A stretch of 64,000 nucleotides of DNA from Candidatus Poribacteria bacterium (lineage in GTDB: Bacteria; Poribacteria; WGA-4E; WGA-3G). The stretch lies in contig CAXXLX010000001.1 of assembly GCA_963665235.2 (NCBI GenBank), positions 3,392,001-3,456,000 of the forward strand, read 5' to 3'. Both the position numbers and the translations under genes were made by a program. Below, piece by piece: positions 41,132 to 50,007 of the stretch (position 1 is its first letter; each line of letters begins with the position of its first letter). The notes under the pieces are model-generated. The model ran no database searches. It was not told the DNA's origin and saw nothing but the letters and a program-made list of their open reading frames with translations.

Positions 41132-41250
41132 AACTTACCGGGGCAAGCGATTATCGCTGAACGGTGGCAGGTCGATGTCTGAATTTAAACGGGACGGGCC
41201 ACTCGTTCGAAATCTATAATCTATAATTTGAAAGGACTAGGTGAATTCAG

Positions 41251-41838
41251 ATGCAAGATATACTGCAACAAGCTGAATCGCGCATGAAGAAAACGGTTGA
41301 GTCCACAGGGGCAAAGCTGTCGCATGTTCAAACAGGTCGGGCGAATACTGCCCTCTTGGACCAGGTTACGGTCAATTACTACGGTAATAAAACGCCTCTG
41401 AATCAGGTTGGTACCATTACGTCTCCAGAGGCGCGCCAGCTTGTGATTCAGCCTTGGGACAAGACATTAATTACGGAGATTGAGAAAGCAATCGCCCTTG
41501 CGGATTTAGGGTTTTCTACGAATAACGATGGAAATGTTATCCGGGTTCAGGTGCCGGAACTTACAACGGAGCGGCGTGTTGAACTCACGAAGCTAGTTCG
41601 GAAATTAGCAGAAGAGGGCAGGGTCGCTATCCGGAACATCCGCCGTGATGCTAATGATGCCATCCGGAAATCGGAAGGAAACGATGCAAGCGCGGGCGGT
41701 AGAAAAAGTAAAGGTAGAAGCGGCGATAAGAAAAAGGGCCGCAGCGATTCTGATCCGGTCCAAAAACTAACGGACACTTACGTGAACCAAATTAACGATT
41801 TATCCTCTGCAAAAGAATCCGAGCTGTTAGAGAATTAA
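41251..41838 (+). CDS. frr: ribosome recycling factor
   Basis: TGRAN, YYG, IQPWD, PELTTERR, RVAIRNIRRDA, VQKLTD. Confidence 0.95.
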   Translation: MQDILQQAESRMKKTVESTGAKLSHVQTGRANTALLDQVTVNYYGNKTPLNQVGTITSPEARQLVIQPWDKTLITEIEKAIALADLGFSTNNDGNVIRVQVPELTTERRVELTKLVRKLAEEGRVAIRNIRRDANDAIRKSEGNDASAGGRKSKGRSGDKKKGRSDSDPVQKLTDTYVNQINDLSSAKESELLEN

Positions 41839-41841
41839 GTT

Positions 41842-42675
41842 ATGTTTTGGCGGCGAGTCTTAAGCATATTTGTGTTGGCTCCGCTAGTTTTCCTGATTGT
41901 CTACCAGGGCGGTTGGTTTCATGCAATTCTCATCTCTATTGCCGCCTTGATAATGCAAATTGAGTATTGCAAGTTGGTGCAGCACCTTGGCAGAAAACTA
42001 GGTTTTGTGATGCCGGTGCTTTTAACGGTTGCCTTCTGCTGTTTTGCACAGTTCTTGCCAGCACCAGCAAAAGTATTGAATGCTTTTTTGCTGTTTGGTT
42101 TCTTTGCTTTCGTCCCGCTCTATGTTTTTGCTGAAAGCATCTTGAGCGGTAAAGTCGAGGGCAAATTGGTAACCGTCGCTTTGAAGTTCACCGGCATTAT
42201 CACTATCGGCTGGTTATTTGGGTACCACCTTATCCTACTACGAAATACCGAGGCAGTAGGCAGGCCGCTGCTCTTTTTGCTCATGGGGGTAGTCTGGGGC
42301 AGTGACACTGGGGCTTACCTTATCGGTAAAGCTATCGGTAAACATCGCCTCAACACCCCGGTTAGCCCGAGAAAAACGGTTGAGGGTACTGTTGCGGGAT
42401 TAATTGTGGGAATCTTAATCAGTCTTGCTCTCACTGCATGGCTTTTACACGACACGTTCTCTCTGATAACTGCTGCGTTCATCGGATTAATATTGAGTGC
42501 TTTAGGACAATTCGGTGACCTGAGTGTTTCCCTTATGAAACGCACCGCTGGTGTCAAAGACTCTGGGGATGTCATACCGGGGCACGGTGGATTCCTTGAT
42601 AGGTGCGATAGTTTAATCTTTAGCACCCCCGCGCTCTATTACTATGTGGAGATAACAAGGCATTTGGCACAGTAG
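41842..42675 (+). CDS. cdsA: phosphatidate cytidylyltransferase
   Basis: SDTGAY, SPRKTVEG, GDL, KRTAGVKDSG, PGHGGFLDRCDS. Confidence 0.95.
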   Translation: MFWRRVLSIFVLAPLVFLIVYQGGWFHAILISIAALIMQIEYCKLVQHLGRKLGFVMPVLLTVAFCCFAQFLPAPAKVLNAFLLFGFFAFVPLYVFAESILSGKVEGKLVTVALKFTGIITIGWLFGYHLILLRNTEAVGRPLLFLLMGVVWGSDTGAYLIGKAIGKHRLNTPVSPRKTVEGTVAGLIVGILISLALTAWLLHDTFSLITAAFIGLILSALGQFGDLSVSLMKRTAGVKDSGDVIPGHGGFLDRCDSLIFSTPALYYYVEITRHLAQ

Positions 42676-42800
42676 CAAATAGCAAATAGCAGGATGCTGT
42701 GATTCTAAGAAGAACTCTGAAGCGCGTCAGAGGTTTCTCCTCTCTGTTTTCTGTCTCTTGCTAACAGCCAGCGAGGTTTCCAATAGCCAACAGCCATTGC
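42673..42800 (+). repeat. heptamer-flanked palindromic element
   Basis: (TAGCAAA)n-GGATGCTGTGATTCTAA-N-CTCTGAAGCGCGTCAGAG...TCTTGCTAACAGCC. Confidence 0.8.
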
Positions 42801-42831
42801 CCGATTTTACTCCGTTCAATCCGACCTACAA
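42800..42831 (-). repeat. GTAG-REP-like sequence
   Basis: reverse complement GTAGGTCGGATTGAACGGAGTAAAATCGGG; related sequence at 53824-53855. Confidence 0.5.
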
Positions 42832-42863
42832 ATACGGCTAGGGGGCAACTTGAGTTATACATT

Positions 42864-44027
42864 ATGAAGCACATCGCCATCCTGGGTAGCACCGGTTCCA
42901 TTGGAAAGAACGCGCTCGACGTTGTTGAAACGCATGCTGACGAATTTAAAGTTGTCGGGCTCGCTGCAAATACGGATGTGGATACCCTCGAACATCAGGT
43001 AAGGCAGTTTCGACCGAAGGTGGCTGCGCTGAATCAACCCGCAGCTGCGGCACGTCTCCGCGAACGGCTCCATGACCTCAAGGGTACAGAGGTACTCGCC
43101 GGTGCGGAAGGGCTCCACACAGTCGCTACGATGCCAGAGGTCGAACAGGTCTTAGATGGCATGGGCGGCAGCGCGGGGTTGTTACCGACGTTCGCTGCGA
43201 TTAATGCCGGCAAGGATATCGCTTTCGTTAACAAAGAGGTGATGGTGATGTGTGGGCCCCTCGTCATGGAGGCGGTCCGCGCAAACGGCGTTAACCTGAT
43301 ACCGATAGATGGCGAGATGAGTGCAATTTTCCAATGTTTAGAAGGTGCACGCGACCGGCAGGTGGATATCCACAAATTATTGCTAACCGCATCTGGCGGC
43401 CCTTTTCGCGATACCCCAAAGGCGGCTCTTCAAAGCGTAACGCCGCAACAGGCACTGCGTCACCCCAATTGGGATATGGGCGCGAAAATTACGATTGATT
43501 CCGCAACGATGATGAACAAAGGGTTAGAGGTCATTGAGGCGAAATGGTTGTTTGATGTTGAGCTTGCAAAAATTGATATTGTTATCCATAGAGAAAGCAT
43601 TATTCATTCTATGGTTGAATGGGCAGATGGCTCAACGCTCGCCCAGTTGGGGCCGACGGATATGCGTATCATGATTCAATATGCACTAACATACCCGCGC
43701 AGACTTTCTACACCGGTACCACGGCTAGATTTGCGGGAGATGGGAACGTTACATTTTGAGCCGGTTGATGTAGAAAAATTTCCGTGCATTTCGCTTGCAT
43801 ACACCGCCGCTGAAGTTGGTGGTACTCTTCCTGTTGTGCTTAGCAGTGCGGATGAAGTGGTAGTAAGTGCTTTTCTTAACAATGCTATCGGGTTTATGGA
43901 TATTCCCGCTATTTTGCAGAAAGTTATGGACAAACACCTTGTGATTTCAAATCCGATGCTTGAGGATATCCTTGAGGTCGACCAATGGGCGAAATCGACT
44001 GCCCGAGCAATCATATTTAGCCGTTAG
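42864..44027 (+). CDS. dxr: 1-deoxy-D-xylulose-5-phosphate reductoisomerase
   Basis: LGSTGSIG, NKE, PIDGE, LTASGGPF, HPNWDMGAKITIDSATMMNKGLE. Confidence 0.96.
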   Translation: MKHIAILGSTGSIGKNALDVVETHADEFKVVGLAANTDVDTLEHQVRQFRPKVAALNQPAAAARLRERLHDLKGTEVLAGAEGLHTVATMPEVEQVLDGMGGSAGLLPTFAAINAGKDIAFVNKEVMVMCGPLVMEAVRANGVNLIPIDGEMSAIFQCLEGARDRQVDIHKLLLTASGGPFRDTPKAALQSVTPQQALRHPNWDMGAKITIDSATMMNKGLEVIEAKWLFDVELAKIDIVIHRESIIHSMVEWADGSTLAQLGPTDMRIMIQYALTYPRRLSTPVPRLDLREMGTLHFEPVDVEKFPCISLAYTAAEVGGTLPVVLSSADEVVVSAFLNNAIGFMDIPAILQKVMDKHLVISNPMLEDILEVDQWAKSTARAIIFSR

Positions 44028-44149
44028 CAATTAGCAAATTGGCAATTAGCAATTGGCAAGATTTTGTGATTCTAAGCAGGTTTCTGACGCGCGTCAAAAA
44101 AACTCTTTCTCTTGCTAATAGTTTCCAACAGCCAACAGCCAACAGCCAA
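44024..44149 (+). repeat. heptamer-flanked palindromic element
   Basis: (TTRGCAA)n-GATTTTGTGATTCTAA-N-TGACGCGCGTCA-AAAAAACTCTTTCTCTTGC...(CAACAGC)3. Confidence 0.85.
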
Positions 44150-44167
44150 ACTATAAAAGGACAAATA

Positions 44168-45880
44168 ATGGAACTTATTCAATCAGTACTGGCAAGTATT
44201 CCGGGCATCGGTGTGGTTAAATGGATACTGCTCGCTGTTATTCCCCTCGGTTTTCTTATCTTTATCCATGAACTTGGTCATTTTCTCGCAGCAAAACGGG
44301 CGGGGATTAAGGTCAACACCTTTTCCATAGGTTTCGGTCCGAGGGTTTTCGGATTTCAACGGGGTGAAACGGAGTACAGGCTCTCTTGGCTGCCCTTTGG
44401 GGGGTATGTCCAAATGGAGGGCGAAAATCCGACTGAGCAGACTGGGGCTCCCGGTGAATTTGGGAGCGCATCGCTAAGCAGTCGCGCATTTGTCGTGATA
44501 GCAGGACCTGCTATCAACCTTCTATTCGGTATGTTGATATATTGGTTTGTCTTCGGAGTCGGCCTCAACAGAACATCTGCTGATTTTATTGAAAGGTTAA
44601 TTGGGCATTCTATTGGTGAAAAAGAGGTGCGCGTCCAGCTAGGGGAACTTGCCGATGATGGCCCAGGGGCAGCCGGGGGCTTAATGCCCGGCGACACAAT
44701 CGTTTCAGTGAATGGAGACACGCTCACAAGCTGGTCAGCTTTTCAGACCAGAATTTTTACGAGTGCGAAAAAACGGCTCGAGTTTGTGGTTGAACGGGAT
44801 GGGGTGCACCAGACACTTTTTGTTACACCTGAAGCGACCCCCGAAGAGGAATTGAGAGGCAACAACCCGCGCGGCGATATAGGCAGGCTCCGCGTCGCTG
44901 AAGGACAGGAGACAGAGGTTGCTGAGGTTACCCCCGGAAGTTTAGCAGCACTTGCAGGTATACAGGTTGGAGACAGGGTTGAAACTCTCAACGGAGAAAC
45001 GCTCTATAACGTACCGGACTTTGGCACTTGGATTTGGCGACCAACCGCGGGATGGCTCGATGCAAAACATCAACACCTTTATCACCGCATCGACCAGAGC
45101 CCGGAGGGATTTGAAATCGGCATTCGCAGAGGCGAAGAAAAATTGACAGTTCAACTGCCAGCACAGTGGCACGTAATAGCGAGAGTACAATCTAAAAGTA
45201 CTGCGCAAAACGCAGGCATTCAGAGCGGCGATATTCTCGTCAGTCTCAACGGACAACCTGTCAACAGCGAGACACTCTACACGAAACTGAACGCATTAAC
45301 AGACGGACCGATTGCTCTCGGATTAATTCAGCAGGGCATCGAAAAAACGGTAATGCTTTCGGAAGCAGAAATTTCGGGAATAGATGATGAACGCACATTT
45401 TACGGTCTGACATTGCAAACTACCCTAAGCGGGATGACGTTCGCCCCGCCCCAAGGACCGTTGCCTGAATATAATGTTTTTACCGCATTTGAAAAAGGCC
45501 TTGAAACCACCTATTTAACGCTTACGGTTATCGCTCGAACACTAAAACAGTTAATAAGCGGAGAGGTATCGCCTAAATATCTCACCGGTCCTATCGGTAT
45601 TGGGCAGGCAACGAAGAACATATTTGAAATCGGTTTAATTAGTTTCCTATTTTTTATCGGGTTTATCAGTATTAATCTCGCTATTGTAAATTTATTACCG
45701 ATTCCCATTGCTGATGGCGGGCATCTGCTGTTTTTCGCGATAGAGAAAATCAGAGGCAAACCGGTACCCCGTAGGGCACAAGAAATCGTTCAACAGGTCA
45801 GCTTCCTCCTTATCATTGCACTGTTTGTGTATATCACCTGGTTCGATAGCCTGACACTGTTTAATCAGCTCCGGAATTGA
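44168..45880 (+). CDS. rseP: RIP metalloprotease with multiple PDZ domains
   Basis: HELGH, FSIGFG, PFGGYV, AGP..N, NLLPIPIADGG; start 44168. Confidence 0.93.
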   Translation: MELIQSVLASIPGIGVVKWILLAVIPLGFLIFIHELGHFLAAKRAGIKVNTFSIGFGPRVFGFQRGETEYRLSWLPFGGYVQMEGENPTEQTGAPGEFGSASLSSRAFVVIAGPAINLLFGMLIYWFVFGVGLNRTSADFIERLIGHSIGEKEVRVQLGELADDGPGAAGGLMPGDTIVSVNGDTLTSWSAFQTRIFTSAKKRLEFVVERDGVHQTLFVTPEATPEEELRGNNPRGDIGRLRVAEGQETEVAEVTPGSLAALAGIQVGDRVETLNGETLYNVPDFGTWIWRPTAGWLDAKHQHLYHRIDQSPEGFEIGIRRGEEKLTVQLPAQWHVIARVQSKSTAQNAGIQSGDILVSLNGQPVNSETLYTKLNALTDGPIALGLIQQGIEKTVMLSEAEISGIDDERTFYGLTLQTTLSGMTFAPPQGPLPEYNVFTAFEKGLETTYLTLTVIARTLKQLISGEVSPKYLTGPIGIGQATKNIFEIGLISFLFFIGFISINLAIVNLLPIPIADGGHLLFFAIEKIRGKPVPRRAQEIVQQVSFLLIIALFVYITWFDSLTLFNQLRN

Positions 45881-45887
45881 TTAACAG

Positions 45888-46002
45888 CAGGACTTACGCA
45901 AATTTAGAACATAAGCTCGTAGGGGCTGGGTCCCCCAGCCCGCTAAGTCAACCTCTAAATCCCATTATCTATGGATTTTAGCAACGTGCTGCGTAAGTCC
46001 TG
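45888..46002. mobile_element. 115-bp MITE carrying one GTAG-REP
   Basis: perfect 13-bp TIR CAGGACTTACGCA / TGCGTAAGTCCTG; 5-bp duplication AACAG; internal GTAGGGGCTGGGTCCCCCAGCCC. Confidence 0.88.
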
Positions 46003-46044
46003 AACAGATTGAGCGGATAGAAAACGTGCCGTCAGAGAGATGTT

Positions 46045-46749
46045 ATGGATAAAGCGAAACTCAAAGAGGAATATTTACAAATTGCTGTAACTGTGAGGGA
46101 ATACGTGGAAGAACAACTTCAACTCGGTTTCAGAGAACTACAGGAGCCTGAACCGGAATCCGAATTTGCGGGGTTAGACCTACCTGCGCTCGCCGCTGAG
46201 GCTCAAGGTTGCACGAAATGTGGGCTGCATGCAACGCGGAACGCTGTCGTTTTCGGAGTCGGCAACCCGAATGCCGATTTGATGTTTATCGGTGAGGCTC
46301 CCGGTGCTGACGAAGACCGACAGGGTGAACCGTTTGTCGGCAGGGCTGGGCAATTACTAACACAAATTGTTGAATCAGGAATGAAACTCAAGCGCGAAGA
46401 TGTCTACATCGCCAATGTCATTAAGTGCCGTCCGCCCGGCAATAGAAACCCGGAACCCGATGAGGTTACAACCTGTACTCCTTATTTGGTCCGCCAAATA
46501 GAACTGATTCAACCTAAAGTGATTGTGGCACTCGGAAGTGTTGCTGCGAAGATGTTACTGGATACGAAGGTGGGTATTTCAAAACTTCGCGGGCAATTCT
46601 ATCCGTATCGTCCCGCCGGGATGCTCGACAAGGGGCCAGCGATTATGCCGACCTATCATCCAGCGTATCTACTCCGAAACCCAAATGCGAAACGTGATGT
46701 GTGGGAAGATATGAAAAAAGTGCTCGCTTTCTTAGCTGAAGATTTCTAA
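46045..46749 (+). CDS. uracil-DNA glycosylase, family 4 (Fe-S)
   Basis: [37 protein letters not shown]. Confidence 0.93.
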   Translation: MDKAKLKEEYLQIAVTVREYVEEQLQLGFRELQEPEPESEFAGLDLPALAAEAQGCTKCGLHATRNAVVFGVGNPNADLMFIGEAPGADEDRQGEPFVGRAGQLLTQIVESGMKLKREDVYIANVIKCRPPGNRNPEPDEVTTCTPYLVRQIELIQPKVIVALGSVAAKMLLDTKVGISKLRGQFYPYRPAGMLDKGPAIMPTYHPAYLLRNPNAKRDVWEDMKKVLAFLAEDF

Positions 46750-47153
46750 TTGAAAAGAGGAATAGTTGTTATCCAGTTTGTGCCCATTGTAGCATAAACT
46801 TAATGTAGCATAAACTTCCAGTTTGTGCCTCTTTATTGTAGCATAAACTTCCAGTTTGTGCCTCTTTATTGTAGCATAAACTTCCAGTTTGTGCCTCTTT
46901 ATTGTAGCATAAACTTCCAGTTTGTGCCTCTTTATTGTAGCATAAACTTCCAGTTTGTGCCTCTTTATTGTAGCATAAACTTCCAGTTTGTGCCTCTTTA
47001 TTGTAGCATAAACTTCCAGTTTGTGCCTCTTTGTTGTAGCATAAACTTCCAGTTTGTGCCTCTTTGTTGTAGCATAAACTTCCAGTTTGGGTCTTCCGTT
47101 CTCCGTTTCATTTCTAACAACCGGTAATGATAGAATAATTAATAAAAATGGTA
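46742..47153. mobile_element. second copy of the TACCATTT MITE (inverted), carrying a different REP array
   Basis: 47085-47153 is nearly identical to the reverse complement of 20433-20500; ends AAAATGGTA then TTA; other end ATTTCTAATTGAAAA overlaps the udg stop codon and lacks the terminal TACC. Confidence 0.75.
46773..47088. repeat. tandem array of 9 GTAG-REP-like units (33 bp) plus partials
   Basis: GTAGCATAAACTTCCAGTTTGTGCCTCTTT(A/G)TT; GTAG recurs every 33 bp from 46805 to 47069. Confidence 0.93.
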
Positions 47154-47185
47154 TTATCAGCCGTTAATCAGGAATACCGAAATAG

Positions 47186-49690
47186 ATGTCTTACGCGAAT
47201 GTTGCTTTTCCTATTGCAGTAAATCAACTGTTTACATACACAGTGCCACCGCATCTGGATTCTGTGCTGCAGCCCGGTGTTCGGGTCTTAGCTCCTTTTG
47301 GCAGAAATAATCAGGAGGGGGTTGTCGTTGAACGGATAGCGGAAACCGAACTTCCCCCGAACAAGGTTAAGCGTATTTCTGATTGTCTTGATGATATTCC
47401 TACGTTCTCCCCTGAGCTGCTTTCACTCACAAAATGGATGGCAGACTACTATCTCACCTCCTGGGGCAATGCTCTCTTTTGTGCAGTCCCCGCTGCGGTG
47501 CGAACTCAAAAACAGCAACGTGTGCAGCTCTGTCCTGATGGTCCATCTCCGACAGGAAAGGTTCAAAAGGAAATTGTCGCGCTTTTGGAAACAGAGGGGG
47601 CACTCTCACCCAATCAGCTTGCCCGTCGGGTTGGCGTAAGTTCCACGAATCTCCGCCCTAAGATTACAGCTCTTCGAGAAAAGGGTGTCGTTGATGTCTA
47701 TGTTACACACAAACCTAATGCTACGACTCAGGAAACCACAATGGCTGCCCTAGCACTACCGCCCGCCGATATTGAGGCGGAGATTTTTGAATTAAACAGG
47801 GGTGAGGATGAATACGGCAAGCTTACGAAGGGTCGGCCCCGTGCTGCTTCTGTGAAACAGGCGGAGATACTGAAAACTCTGCTGGATGCAAACGTGCCTT
47901 TAGCTGTACCGGAACTTACAAAACAGGTGGGGACGAGTGCATCTCTGCTCCGTACGCTTGAAAGACGCGGATTTATCCGAATCACGCGAGCTACAGTCGT
48001 GCGAAATCCATTGAGTTGTCAACCTGTTGCACCTACACAGCCTCATGCCTTAAATTTGGCACAATCGGAGGCGTTCTCACAAATCCGTGAGGGATTTCAA
48101 GCAGGTAATGGCTCAAAACAGGCTTTCCTACTTCATGGCGTAACCGGAAGCGGTAAAACGGAGGTGTATATGCAGGCAATTGCACCGATTCTTGAAAGTG
48201 GGAAATCGGTTATTGTCCTAGTGCCAGAGATTTCACTGACACCGCAGACCGCCTCTCGGTTTATCGGACGTTTTGGGGAGCGTGTCGCTGTGCTCCACAG
48301 TCGATTGAGCACGGGTGAACGTTATGACCAGTGGCATCGCATTCAGAAAGGCGAAGCGACAATTGCCATAGGTCCCCGTTCTGCTGTCTTTGCCCCTGTC
48401 CAACGCCTCGGTTTGCTGGTTATTGACGAGGAACACTCAGATTCCTATAAATCGGAAACCGCGCCGCGCTACCATGCACGCGAGGTTGCCCAGAAACGCG
48501 CCGAGCTCGCAAATTGTCCCTTGCTGCTCGGAAGTGCAACACCTTCCCTTGAAAGTTTCCATAACGCACACAACGGTACGTATCAACTGCTCACACTCCC
48601 AACACGGGTGTTAGATCGAAAGATGCCTGAGGTTCACATAGTGGATATGCGCGATGAACTCAAAAAGGGAAATCGTACTATTTTCTCCGAGCGGCTCCGG
48701 GATGGTATTGAACAACGGCTTGCCCGCCGTGAGCAAATTATCCTTTTTCTTAACAGACGCGGATACTCTACCTATGTGTTCTGCCGAACATGTGGTTATG
48801 TAGAAAGGTGCAAGAACTGCTCAATTTCGTTGACGTTTCACTTTGAAACGAAGCAATTGGTGTGCCATCACTGTGGTCATAGACGCAACACACATGCTAC
48901 CTGTCCGCAGTGTGCCAGCCACGCTATAGATTATTTTGGACGGCGAGGGTTCGGCACGGAAACGGTGGAACAGGAGGTACAAAAGGTGTTCCCGAAGGCG
49001 AACGTCAAGCGGTTTGATGCGGATTCAACGGCACGAAAAAACGCACATCAACAGATTTTAAAAGCTTTTCAGGAGCACGAGATTGATATATTAATCGGGA
49101 CACAGATGGTGGCGAAAGGGTTGGATTTTCCGAACGTGACGCTTGTCGGGGTCATTGTGGCGGATACCGCCTTAAATTTACCCGATTTTCGAGCAGGTGA
49201 ACAGACATTCAGTCTGCTCACGCAAGTCGCAGGCCGCTCCGGACGCGCAGAGGTCGCCGGTGAGGTTATCGTCCAAACCTACATGCCTGAACACTACTGC
49301 ATCGCAGCGGCACAGCAGCATGATTATGTCGGTTTTTATGAAAAAGAGGTCGAGGCGCGGAGTGCATTACAATATCCTCCTTTTTCACGTGTCGCAACCC
49401 TTCTGCTCCGGGGCAAAAATGAGGACCTTGTTATCGCAGCTGCACGGGCGGTACATGACCAGCTTCAACGTTGGCAAACTGAGCGGTTTTCTGATGTAGA
49501 AGTACTCGGGCCTGCCCCCGCACCGCTCTCAAAAATTGAGGGGAAATTTCGCTGGCATTTTCTCCTCCGAAGTAAAAATATTGATAAGATATGTCAACTC
49601 CTCCGTGAATTAACTGACGAACCGCCACAAGCACTTAAACCTAGTGCTATTGAGGTAATTATTGATATCGACCCAACCAATACATTGTGA
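47186..49690 (+). CDS. priA: primosomal protein N'
   Basis: GVTGSGKTEVY, VPEISLT, IDEEH, GSATPS, NRRGY, four CxxC, GTQMVAKG, QVAGRSGR. Confidence 0.96.
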   Translation: MSYANVAFPIAVNQLFTYTVPPHLDSVLQPGVRVLAPFGRNNQEGVVVERIAETELPPNKVKRISDCLDDIPTFSPELLSLTKWMADYYLTSWGNALFCAVPAAVRTQKQQRVQLCPDGPSPTGKVQKEIVALLETEGALSPNQLARRVGVSSTNLRPKITALREKGVVDVYVTHKPNATTQETTMAALALPPADIEAEIFELNRGEDEYGKLTKGRPRAASVKQAEILKTLLDANVPLAVPELTKQVGTSASLLRTLERRGFIRITRATVVRNPLSCQPVAPTQPHALNLAQSEAFSQIREGFQAGNGSKQAFLLHGVTGSGKTEVYMQAIAPILESGKSVIVLVPEISLTPQTASRFIGRFGERVAVLHSRLSTGERYDQWHRIQKGEATIAIGPRSAVFAPVQRLGLLVIDEEHSDSYKSETAPRYHAREVAQKRAELANCPLLLGSATPSLESFHNAHNGTYQLLTLPTRVLDRKMPEVHIVDMRDELKKGNRTIFSERLRDGIEQRLARREQIILFLNRRGYSTYVFCRTCGYVERCKNCSISLTFHFETKQLVCHHCGHRRNTHATCPQCASHAIDYFGRRGFGTETVEQEVQKVFPKANVKRFDADSTARKNAHQQILKAFQEHEIDILIGTQMVAKGLDFPNVTLVGVIVADTALNLPDFRAGEQTFSLLTQVAGRSGRAEVAGEVIVQTYMPEHYCIAAAQQHDYVGFYEKEVEARSALQYPPFSRVATLLLRGKNEDLVIAAARAVHDQLQRWQTERFSDVEVLGPAPAPLSKIEGKFRWHFLLRSKNIDKICQLLRELTDEPPQALKPSAIEVIIDIDPTNTL

Positions 49691-49794
49691 ATTAGCGATT
49701 AGCAAATTGGCAATTAGCAATTAGCAAGACGTTGTGATTATAGTCAGGTTTGTGACGCGCGTCAAAAACCTCTTCCTCTTGCTATAGGTTTCCA
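49691..49794 (+). repeat. heptamer-flanked palindromic element
   Basis: (TTRGCAA)n-GACGTTGTGATTATAG-N-TGACGCGCGTCA-AAAACCTCTTCCTCTTGC-TATAGGTTTCCA. Confidence 0.85.
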
Positions 49795-49922
49795 TTATAG
49801 ACAATTATACCGGTTTAATTGCAGTCCTCTGTTTCGTTAGGAGGCGCGGTGTGAGAGAAATGAAAATCTGCGATTTTCATGAAATCTTTCTCCCCCGCCC
49901 GCTTTGAAAAACCGTGTTTATT

Positions 49923-49946
49923 AGGCGAGGTGACCTCGCCCCTACG
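49923..49946 (-). repeat. GTAG-REP
   Basis: reverse complement GTAGGGGCGAGGTCACCTCGCCT, stem GGCGAGG/CCTCGCC. Confidence 0.7.
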
Positions 49947-49971
49947 GAGATTAACTTTCTCCATTTCTTCC

Positions 49972-50001
49972 TTGATATCTTTCAACACATTATGGTAGAA
50001 T
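49972..50001 (+). promoter_or_regulatory. promoter predicting a leaderless Rpn mRNA
   Basis: TTGATA-18bp-TAGAAT with TG extension, 6 nt before ATG 50008, no SD. Confidence 0.55.
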
Positions 50002-50007
50002 ACAAAT

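Noticed and set aside
44039-44167. N-terminal extensions of rseP and dgoD in the ORF track
   Set aside because: They read through the heptamer-flanked element; downstream ATGs match family N-termini and have SD-like sequences
19181-47088. The four 29-33-bp palindromic arrays as CRISPR arrays, with the shared AT-rich flank as a leader
   Set aside because: Units are contiguous with only short, repeated linkers rather than unique spacers, there are no cas genes, and the shared flank is better explained as a MITE arm with TIR and target duplication
46825-47127. ORFs made of repeats (also 20588..20773 and 38949..39191)
   Set aside because: They are translations of REP arrays with no SD or other coding evidence
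49806-49960. Another TACC-ended MITE starting TTATACCGGTTTAAT
   Set aside because: No matching right end or target duplication found; only the GTAG-REP inside is supported
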